Source: Octopus sinensis (lineage: Eukaryota). Taken from it: a DNA stretch of 23,548 nucleotides. The DNA is taken from assembly GCF_006345805.1 (NCBI RefSeq), contig NW_021836561.1, positions 1-23,548 of the forward strand. Reading direction: 5' to 3'. The position numbers were made by a program, and so were the translations under genes. Of this stretch, positions 1-10,623 are shown piece after piece (position 1 is the stretch's first letter; each line of letters opens with the position of its first letter). The notes beneath the pieces were generated by a model. The model saw only the letters and a program-made list of their open reading frames with translations, was not told the origin of the DNA and made no database searches.

Positions 1-19
1 CATACATGTACAAACACAA

Positions 20-491
20 AACACACACACACACACACTCACACAAACACACATGTGTATATATAGACATATTTGCATATCTGTCTGCAGCCTTTAAAAC
101 TGTTATTTAAACTCGAACTAATTCAGGATTTGAAGAGTCATTATTCAGCACTCCGCCCACTTGTGGCGCAACACGCACTCACACACACACACACACACAC
201 ACACGCACAAACACACGCACACACACACACGCACACACACGCACACACACACACGCACACGCACACTCACACACACACCACACACACACACACGCACACA
301 CACACACACACGCACACACACACACACACACACGCACACACACACACACACACGCACACACACGCACACACCACCACACACACACGCACACACACACACA
401 CACCCACGCACACACACGCACACACACACACACGCGCACACACACACACACACGCACACCACACACACACACGCACACACTCACACACAAC

Positions 492-522
<31 letters not shown>

Positions 523-557
523 ACACGCACACACACACACACACACGCACACACACA
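20..557. repeat. (CA)n microsatellite with interspersed CACG variants
   Basis: Directly visible; it produces the His-Thr and Cys-Val pseudo-ORFs in the track. Confidence 0.97.
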
Positions 558-868
558 AGATATATTGTAGAATATTTGCGATACATGCGCATGTATCTGC
601 CTGTGATGTGTGACCCGTATACGTATGATATATGCAATTAAAAACATATAAGTATGGGAAACGGAGTTACTGACAATCGTTTAAAAGCATAAATGCATAT
701 AAGTGCATAAAAATATGAATACAAAAATACTTACCACATAAATACATATACACACGTAGATGTTAACATGCCTACAAAGTACTTTTATACAAATATACAT
801 AAGATATGTCGTCTGTGGGTGTGTGTTTGTATGTATATATACAAGCGTAAATATATTTTATGTGTGTT

Positions 869-960
869 TATGTATATATATTATATATTATATATATCAT
901 ATTATATTATATTATATTATATTATATTATATTATATATATTAATATATATATATATATT
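869..960. repeat. (TA)n/(ATATT)n microsatellite
   Basis: Directly visible. Confidence 0.92.
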
Positions 961-1111
961 TAAATAGGTGAATGAATTATCCTATGTTTATCGTCAGCAT
1001 GGAAAATTCGTTTAACCGAAACCTGGGTAGCAAATTCACGTCAGAAACACGGTTGAAGCGACCTGTCCAAGTGTAGAAACTCCGGGTTCATGTGTAGAAA
1101 TTTGTGTGTTG

Positions 1112-1279
1112 TATATGAATAAATGAAAGAATGGAGTCGAACGAAGATGTTAACAAAATTCCTTTACTCTCGACATATGTTTCGAAGACAACATGTTTTC
1201 ATTCCAAAGGAATAAAGGGTGCATTATGCAGTCTTATCATAAATTATCTGCTAAAGGGTGCATTATGCAATCTTCTCAT
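1112..1279 (-). repeat. Inverted copy of the family A 3' end (pLTR fragment), with a 39-bp tandem duplication at the junction
   Basis: TATATGAATAAATGAAAG...GGGTGCATTATGCA matches rc(2812-2940). 1213-1251 is repeated at 1252-1290 with 2 substitutions. Confidence 0.93.
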
Positions 1280-2530
1280 AAATTATCTGCTAATGTCGAC
1301 ATCTTTAACCAAAAGGCAGACTTCTATAACGCCGCCTTGTTAAGAGCCGGTTATAAGGAGAAAGTGTCATACATCGATTCAGCTCATTCTAAACCAACAT
1401 CTGCTTCTCAAGATAGAAAAGTTACTCGTAATAGGAATAATGATTTCAATTCTAATAGTGCCAGAAACCCTGTACATAAAATAAATTCTTTACGGACTAA
1501 GGGAGGTAAGCGCCATTCAACCCCAAATTTCCAACCCAGAAATTTTCCCCTTACTATCACAAATAACACCAAGAACAATTCAAAGGCCACAAAAAACTGT
1601 ATCTGGTTCGTAATACCTTTCGGAAAACAAATTAAATCGAACCTTCCCTTACAGTTCCGTGAAGCCGTTGCTAGGAACTTTCCCAGAAATTCTAGATATC
1701 ATTCTATTATCAATTCCCACATAGTCAGAATCGCTTTCTCTAGCACTAGGAATCTTTAACAAATTATATCTTCCCACAATACTAAGCTGCTAAACAAAGA
1801 TTCTTCACCCGGGAGTTCCAACACTAATCTTACTAATTCCAACCCATCATACAATCATAATAATAGGAATAGTATTAATAGTAACAGCATTGGTAGCAGC
1901 GAAAGTGTTAACAATGATAATATTAATAATAGTATTAGTCGTGTTAATAACAATGGTAGTGTTGATGGTAACAACAATAACGGTATTATTGTCGGTGGTA
2001 TTACTGGTTGTATTACCATTAATAATACTAATAATAATAGAAATAGTGTAGTTGTTGGCGCTAATAATAATAGTAACATCAATCATAACAATAAAAACTT
2101 CGTTTCGATCTCGGAGGACAACCCCAACAGAATTAAATTTTTGTCTAGTAATTCTAAGATTAAGAATTCTATTTACCAGTGTAGAATTTCTTCCGGTACC
2201 GATGTCTTCTTCTATATAGGAGCGTCCACTTCCCAGTTATCCAAGAGAATTTCAAACCATTATTCAACAATCAGGGATAGTAAAAAACGACATAGTACAA
2301 GGCTAAGTAAATTAGTTTGGCGTCTTAAAGACAACAATATAAATTTCAAGTTAGATTGGTTCATACTGTCTGTATCCTTTCCTTTTGATAAGGGCAGGAG
2401 ATTTTGTAACATTTGCAACTCTGAACTTTTCCACATTCTCTTCTCTAAGGTTTCCCTAGTAAACACACTCATAGAAAAATCATACAAATGTAAACACTGG
2501 CAGAAACATACTTTCTACTCATATAAATGA
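1280..2530 (+). pseudogene. C-terminal part of PLE RT/GIY-YIG ORF, 5'-truncated, one in-frame TAA at 1757-1759
   Basis: One frame links KLSANVDIFNQKADFYNAALLRAGY, CIWFVIPFG, RIAFSSTRNL*QIISSHN, an Asn-rich linker, SIYQCRI...FYIGAST..SKRISNH..STRLSKLVW, FCNICNSE and KCKH. Track ORFs 1193-1759 and 2141-2530 share this frame. Confidence 0.88.
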
Positions 2531-2798
2531 TAACGATAGTCACTGTGGTTTGAACAATTAGCTTTACGTCCACCCCACTTCAATAGCGAAATTCTTTCCT
2601 ACGCCTTCGAACATTCTTTCAATCAACGTACCCTTCCCTCTCCACTTGTTCCCTACCTATTATTCCTTTAACCCTTCTCTTCCTACTATCTATCTTTGAC
2701 GTCAATTCTTTTAACGGTTTTTAAAAACACTCATTATCTTTGTTTACCATGTAGGCAGTCATCGAAATTTTTGTTTGTCTTGTTGTCGAGAGAGGCTC

Positions 2799-2891
2799 CC
2801 TTTCTTTCCTGATGAGAAGATTGCATAATGCACCCTTTATTCCTTTGGAATGAAAACATGTTGTCTTCGAAACATATGTCGAGAGTAAAGG
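2799..2891 (+). ncRNA. Type I hammerhead ribozyme (family A pLTR)
   Basis: Stem I CCTTT-CTTTC pairs with GAGAG-t-AAAGG; core CTGATGA 2809-2815; stem II GAAGA 2816-2820 with TCTTC 2864-2868; GAAA 2869-2872; palindromic stem III ACATATGT; cleavage triplet GTC 2878-2880. Confidence 0.88.
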
Positions 2892-2932
2892 AATTTTGTT
2901 AACATCTTCGTTCGACTCCATTCTTTCATTTA

Positions 2933-2936
<4 letters not shown>

Positions 2937-2981
<45 letters not shown>

Positions 2982-3001
2982 TATATATATAATATATATA
3001 T

Positions 3002-3033
<32 letters not shown>

Positions 3034-3045
3034 ATATATTATATA
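2937..3045. repeat. (TA)n tract shared by the 3' ends of families A and B
   Basis: Directly visible between two tail-to-tail PLE ends. Confidence 0.95.
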
Positions 3046-3224
3046 AATAATAAATATTAGGGAATATATCCCAATTTACAGGGAAAAAAAAATAGATTTA
3101 GGATTAAATCCAATTTTATAGTAAAATATTATAAAATATTATTTGAGACAAAACCACTATTTGCAAAACAAACAAGGAAAGACTTAATCAATACATAAAA
3201 TTTAATAAATAGTCAAAAAAACCG

Positions 3225-3266
3225 CCACTACAATCGTTCTTGTCTTGATCGACAATCTTCAGGTGG
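3225..3266 (-). ncRNA. Type I hammerhead ribozyme (family B), GAAA read as GAA
   Basis: rc = CCAC CTGAAGA TTGTC gatcaa GACAA GAAC GATT GTA GTGG; one A is missing relative to 15903-15945. Confidence 0.78.
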
Positions 3267-6057
3267 ACTTCCAATCTAAAAAATCAAAATTTTAAAATAT
3301 AAAAATAATACTTTTAAATAATTAAAGTATAAATGAAAAAATATAAGTATATAATCCATATATAACCTATATATAATCCATATCGAAAATATAGACTAAT
3401 ACCACAATTCCCTAAAAAAAACCATGATAAAACAAAACTCTTAAAAACATATAACGATAAAATCTCCTTTGCTAAATCTATAACAAACCTATAAAGTAAA
3501 CCCCCTAACCTAAACATTCACACACAATACACACACGTAAACCACAGACTCACGACTTATACACATACCTATACTAACTTATAAACCTCAATATACAACC
3601 AAAACCACTCCCTCCCCACACAGACAAATTAACACATACATCCCAAAACCTAAATAACAACCCATATACACATTCACACACAAAACACACACTCACACGC
3701 AAAACACTCACACACAAAAGATACATATACTCCCTCACATATACGCCTATACATACTCACTAAACTCGACATATACAACAATACTTACACACCCACAAAA
3801 AACATTATATACATTTATGAGCTTTAACTCACCTTAGCATCTCTAACAAACAACTTGCAGTAACCCAATCCCATTCTCTATGCCTACCTACCACTACTAC
3901 ACTATTCCATTCACATTCCAAGCAACGCTAGTCCACCACCCGGTTATTCACGTGGCAAAACGAACACCACTCAAAAATTATGAATGAAACAATGTAAAAA
4001 AATAACCAACACCTAAAATAGACAAAATACCACAAATTACCTAAAAAAACCATGATAAACCAAACTCATAAAAGCATATAACGATAAAAATCCCTTGCTA
4101 AACCCTATAACCAAACTTATATAGCAATCCCCCTAACCTAAACATTCACACACAAAAAACCCACACGGAAACCACAGACCCAAGACTTATACACAAACCT
4201 ATACTAACTTATAAACCTCAATATACACCAAAAACCACTCCCTCCCCACACAGACAAATTAACACATACATCCCAAATCCTAAATAACAAACCCAAATAC
4301 ACATTCACACAACACACCACAAACACACACAAAACACACATACACAACAGATACATATGCTCCCTCACATATACGCATATACATACTCACTAAAACTCGA
4401 TATATACAACAATATTTTACACCCACACTCATACAGATAAATAAATTAATTATACAATTAAAAACTCACAACCAATCTCATATACATAAACACTCTTATG
4501 AAAACAACAATAAATACATCGTAATTAACCAGAATATCAAAAATAACATTATGACATAAGGATAAATCAAATACATACTTACAATTCAGTTACAAATTAT
4601 GAAGTGAAATTAGATTTTATCCGTTAAAAACCAAACAAAATTACGTTACCATGGAAATAACTAATGTAAAAAAAGAATACGCGCCATAGAAAGTAAACGT
4701 CATTCATAGTATGAATGGAGAAATATAATAAATGGAACTAAAAACTATTTCCACGTAGCAAACCAACGCTACTTAAAAAAATTTATTATGAATGGATTCT
4801 TTAAAAACTATCATGAAAATCAATTATATACATTTATGAGCTTTAGCTCACCCTAGCAACTCTAACAAACAACTTACAGTAACCCATACTCAATACCTAC
4901 CTCATTACCACCCTAATCCATTCACAATTCCAAACAACACTAGTCCACCACACGGTTACAATTCCCAACTCTACCCATTCATTCATAATTTCAACGACGT
5001 TCCCTTCAACAACTCTACATATAAGCCTCAACATATACACCGGAGATACACTTACACATCCGTGCGGATGGGTGAGAGTATACATTAAGTGTAGTGATGG
5101 GGCTCCCATTTCTAAACACATTTGTACCTGTGTGGTAGTCTCCATGTGTATATTCACGCAAGGGTATAAATACAGGGGGTACACGCTCACTTCATTTACG
5201 TGTACCCCTCACATGTACATATGCATACAATTTTGGCTCGATATATGCAACAATGTAATCGCGCCCGTATGTGTGAGCATTCACTAGTTGTGCAATTCAC
5301 CCATCTGGGTGTGATTGTGTGTAAACTTATCACTGTGGAGGTCGAGCTTGATACGTATATATTAGTGTGTATTAGGGGTTGTACGTACTAATTATGTTCA
5401 TGTGCTTCACGCACTTGCGTCCATGTATGGAAGAATATATTGGGATTACTATGTAGGTGTAAATAGGGTATGGGGGAGTTTTGTCATTGTATGGTGTGTG
5501 GGTTTCATTTTGATGGTGGTTGGGGATGTATGTGTTTATTTATCCATGGGGGCTGGAGTGGCCGTTTAGGTGCATATGCTGAGGCTCACATGCAAACCCA
5601 TGTACAACGAATGAAGTGGGCACTTATAATTGTTATGGGTGTGTACTTTATTATAAAAGACAATACCCAAATAAAATCTGTCAATTCAACTACAAATAAA
5701 AAACAAAAAACAAAAGGGATCTTAAACATTCACACATACATACAAAACTCAATAAAAACACCACTAAATAACACCCAAAACATATAAATATATCCTCAAA
5801 TACATATAACAAATGCAAATAAAAATACATAATAAAATAAAATAAATAAAAATAAAAATAAAAATAAAAAATCTAATATAAATTATTAAAGTTTTAACGT
5901 ACCATAAACTGCTAAATTAATATACATTAAAAATGAACTAATTAAAACAAGAAATATCAATAAAGACTAACTATAATTAAATCCTAGACAACATAACCAA
6001 AAATATCATCTAACTAACTAATTTAAACTAAAATAACCTAAAAGGGAACTATTATTG

Positions 6058-8541
6058 CTATTTATCATGAAACTTATTATATAGTAAAGTAACTTGTGTC
6101 TACATTTTATTTTGCGCTCCTCCCCAGTATTAAGTAATTATCATACTTATAAAATAAAATTTCTTTAAACTCATTAGAGCATAAATAACAACAATTAGCT
6201 CCTATATTATATGATTTAGTTTTACAAATATTTCCCATATTAAACTATAATTAATATTAGTGAATTTAAGACTCCAAATATACTTACTAAGTCCGGTCGG
6301 TTGAGTTGATTAAGTTTTATTTTTTAAAAGAATTCATATGTTGGATTCTTAGTTTTATTTTTGAGGAAGTAGAACCTATATAAACCGCTTTATTGTAATT
6401 ATTATTCTTAAAGTTATTATCATGTAATGTAACTATACATTTATACACTACATCGTTAATATCACAATTATTATTTAATATACAATTAGATTTATCTCTA
6501 ATGTACAATTAATATAAGTCTTATCATTATTAATATTATTATCAAATATTTCTTTTTATAAAAATTATTCAGTTTATATTATTAAATGAAGAATAATGTT
6601 ACCAACATTATTAGTGGTAGAGTAACCAACTCCAAAATTATTAAAAGAGAAAATGTTCCTATATTTACGATTATCTCTAATAAATAGTTCTATAACATCT
6701 AAAATCTCTTTAATAATATTCGTTTTAACTTGATCTCCATAAGGAACTATTAACCAAATTTTATTCTTATTAACTTATTATTATTATCATATTATAAATA
6801 TATTTATAATTCTTTATTTTATTAAAATATTATCAGAATTATATCTATGTACAGCATTTAAGGAATTATTAATATTATTAAATTTATCAATATAATTATT
6901 ATAATAATTATTAAATTTATTTTATTTATATTATTCTTATTTATTATTATTATTATTATCATATATTATTATTATCTTATTTATATTTTTATCATTTTAT
7001 ATTTTTTTATAATATCTATTATTTTTTTTTACCACTAAACGTAAAAAATTATAATTATTATAGAAGTATCTCGAAAATATCATTTAAATCATATCGCTAA
7101 TATTATAAAATTTAATATTCTTATTAAACCTGCCCCTCTAAGGGCCTCATTATAATAATTAGCATGTTTATTAAAATCTCTAATCATAAGAGAGTAATGA
7201 AATACGTTTACTTATATTATTAATCAACGATTTTTTAATAGAAAATGGGTGATTACTATTAACATTTATATATCTAAGGTTCTCATTAAGTTATGAAATG
7301 GTGTGTTTGTTTTACCTGTAATAAGATTAAATTAACATCTAAATAATTAACATTATAATTCTCCTTATATATAGTAATACGTAAACCATATCTTTTAAAG
7401 AAAAACTATATATTTTTCTATATACTTCTAGATTCCTATTAGTACAATTCTTTGTAACTAGTAGAAGATCGCTCTATATAAACCACCCTCTATCTTAAGA
7501 TTTTCTAATGAGTTCAGATAAAGAAAATACTAACTACTAAATCAGTAGCCTGTGCAGAATCTGGTGCTCCCATAGGTATATCAAAACAATCTCTAGTATC
7601 ATTCCTAGCCCATAATTTTTTTTTATATTTATTAGCGATTTCCTAGCCAATTTATTACATTAACTTCTTCCCGTGACATGCCCACTTTATTCATTGCGAA
7701 AATAAGCGCTTTATTAAACACAATTTCATTAATAGAAGAAGAATAATAATTATCTATATCTATTTGAATAAATTTATAACGATTTTTATCTTTATTATTA
7801 AAACCATTTCAATGTATTATATTACTAAACCATAATTTTAAATAATTAAGTTATTTAACTTATCAATATATTTATCTAAAATAAATTTACTTAATTTACT
7901 AGGTCCGATTTACATGGGCAAATTAATCTAACTTTAGGGTCTGAATAAAAATTATCTTTATGGTCTTTAAGAGTAATTCTGGGGTGCAGAGGTACATAAG
8001 GTTCAGTTTTATTATCCAACTCATATTTTAACATTACTACTTTAGAGGCCTTATTAATATTATAAAGAATATCATCTGGAACAATTTTATATTTTTTAAT
8101 TATTTCTTTCCCTAAAAGTTTATCATATATTTAACATCTAATTTATATAAGTTCCTTGTTTTATCAGATTGTACTATAATACTATCCATATTTCTCATAT
8201 CTTTATTTTAATTGCTAATTCCTTAAATATTATTATTTCTATTTGGGTATTTATGGAATTCAATATTTTTACCACCTTCCATATACTATCTTCAAGTAAT
8301 TGTAATTCTTATTAAATGGAGGTTCCTTTCTAGATTTAAATTTAGAGGTATATTATCATTCCTACTATCAATATCATTAATAAATAAAAAATTATAGTAA
8401 AAGCTTTCCATTTAATTCTAGAGAAATAAAATCTTTAACATTATTAACAAGTTTCAAGATAAATTCCTTTCTAGAAGGAATAGGAATATCTTTCAAAGAT
8501 GAATCCCAAAACAGCGGTTCTATCTTACCTGTAAAATCCAT
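6058..8541 (-). pseudogene. PLE RT + GIY-YIG ORF, minus copy, multiple frameshifts as assembled
   Basis: ATG at 8541 and TAG at 6058-6060 mirror 10624-13126. Track ORF 6317-6508 gives VVYKCIV...AVYIGST. Confidence 0.85.
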
Positions 8542-8556
8542 AATTTGCGAAATAAG

Positions 8557-10611
8557 TTATTATTCTTCTATTAATGAAATTGTGTTTAATAAACGCTTAT
8601 TTTCGCAATGAATAAAGTGGGCATGTCACGGGAAGAAGTTAATGTATTAAATGGCTAGGAATCGCTAATTAAATATAAAAATAAATTATGGGCTAGGAAT
8701 GATACTAGAGATGTTTTGATATACCTATGGAGCACCAGATTCTGCACAGGCTACTGATTTAGTAGGTATTTTTCTTTTATCTGACTCCAATTAGAAAATC
8801 TTAAGATAGAGGGTGGTTTATATAGAGACGATCTTCTACTAGTTACAAAGAATTGTACTAATAGGAATCTAGAAGTATATAAGAAAAAACTATATAGTTT
8901 CTCCATTCATACTATGAATGACGTTTACTTTCTATGGCGCGTATTCTTTTTTTACATTAGTTATTTCCATGGTAACGTAATTTTGTTTGGTTTTTTAACG
9001 GATAAAAATCTAATTTCACTTCATAATTTGTAACTGAATTGTAAGTATGTATTTGATTTATCCTTATGTCATAATGTTATTTTTGATATTCTGGTTAATT
9101 ACGATGTATTTATTGTTGTTTTCATAAGAGTGTTTATGTATATGAGATTGGTTGTGAGTTTTTAATTGTATAATTAATTTATTTATCTGTATGAGTGTGG
9201 GTGTAAATATTGTTGTATATATCGAGTTTTAGTGAGTATGTATATGCGTATATGTGAGGGAGCATATGTATCTGTTGTGTATGTGTGTTTTGTGTGTGTG
9301 TGTGTTTGTGTGTGAATGTGTATTTGGGTTTGTTATTTAGGATTTGGGATGTATGTGTTAATTTGTCTGTGGGGGAGGGAGTGGTTTTTGGTGTATATTG
9401 AGGTTTATAAGTTAGTATAGGTTTGTGTATAAGTCTGGGTCTGTTGTACGTGTGGGTTTTTTGTGTGTGAATGTTTAGGTTAGGGGGGGATTGCTATATA
9501 AGTTTGTTATAGGGTTTAGCAAAGGGAGTTTTTATCGTTATATGCTTTTATGAGTTTTGGTTTATCATGGTTTTTTTTAGGTAATTTGTGGTATTTTGTC
9601 TATTTTAGGTGTTGGTTATTTTTTTACATTGTTTCATTCATAATTTTTGAGTGGTGTTCGTTTTGCCACGTGAATAACCGGGTGGTGGACTAGCGTTGCT
9701 TGGAATGTGAATGGAATAGTGTAGTAGTGAGGTAGGCATAGAGAATGGGATTGGGTTACTGCAAGTTGTTTGTTAGAGATGCTAAGGTGAGTTAAAGCTC
9801 ATAAATGTATATAATGTTTTTTGTGGGTGTGTAAGTATTGTGTATATGTCGAGTTTAGTGAGTATGTATAGGCGTATATGTGAGGGAGTATATGTATCTT
9901 TTGTGTGTGAGTGTTTTGCGTGTGAGTGTGTGTTTTGTGTGTGAATGTGTATATGGGTTTGTTATTTAGGTTTTGGGATGTATGTGTTAATTTGTCTGTG
10001 TGGGGAGGGAGGGGTTTTGGTGTATATTGAGGTTTATAAGTTAGTATAGGTATGTGTATAAGTCGTGAGTCTGTGGTTTACGTGTGTGATTTGTGTGTGA
10101 ATGTTTAGGTTAGGGGGTTTACTTTATAGGTTTGTTATAGAGTTTAGCAAAGGGAGATTTTATCGTTATATGTTTTTAAGAGTTTTGTTTTATCATGGTT
10201 TTTTTAGGGAATTCGTGGTAATTAGTCTATATTTTCGATATGGATTATATATAGGTTATATATGGATTATATACTTTATTTTTTCATTTATACTTAAATT
10301 TAAAAGTATTATTTTTATATTTTAAAATTTTGATTTTTTAGATTGGAAGTCCACCTGAAGATTGTCGATCAAGAAGAAACGATTGTAGTGGCGGTTTTTT
10401 TGACTATTTATTAAATTTTATGTATTGATTAAGTCTTTCCTTGTTTGTTTTGCAAAATAGTGGTTTTGTCTCAAATAATATTTTATAATATTTTACTATA
10501 AAATTGGATTTAATCCTAAATCTGTTTTTTTCCCTGTAAATTTGGATATATTCCCTAATATTTATTATTTATATAATATTGATAATTTTGTATATTGAGT
10601 GTAATACCTCA
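8557..10611 (+). mobile_element. Family B upstream tandem copy: 5'-truncated, ~2.68-kb internal deletion, serves as 5' pLTR of the full copy
   Basis: 8557-8902 matches RT core 11426-11778 and joins through TTTCT (8898-8902) to sequence matching 14451 onward. It continues past the HHR into the ORF leader. Confidence 0.88.
10351..10391 (+). ncRNA. Type I hammerhead ribozyme (family B, 5' pLTR copy), 2-nt deletion in stem II as assembled
   Basis: CCAC CTGAAGA TTGTC gatcaa GAA GAAAC GATT GTA GTGG; cleavage predicted after 10387. Confidence 0.78.
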
Positions 10612-10623
10612 ATTTCGCAAATT

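Larger units (their letters stand above)
1112..2940 (+). mobile_element. Penelope-like element, family A: 5'-truncated, with inverted 5' pLTR fragment
   Basis: Encodes the RT thumb/linker and a GIY-YIG domain and has an HHR in the 3' region. 1112-1240 is the reverse complement of 2812-2940. The 3' end runs into (TA)n. Confidence 0.9.
3036..8553 (-). mobile_element. Family B PLE, minus-strand near-unit-length copy
   Basis: 8553 corresponds to 10612 and 3036 to 10579. Differences from the plus copy are mostly 1-2 nt indels. Confidence 0.92.

Noticed and set aside
73-647. His/Thr- and Cys/Val-rich ORFs
   Set aside because: Translations of the (CA)n microsatellite.
1131-1343. ORF MESNEDVNK..., duplicated at 2721-2921 on the minus strand
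   Set aside because: Antisense reading of the pLTR/HHR; the duplication reflects only the inverted repeat.
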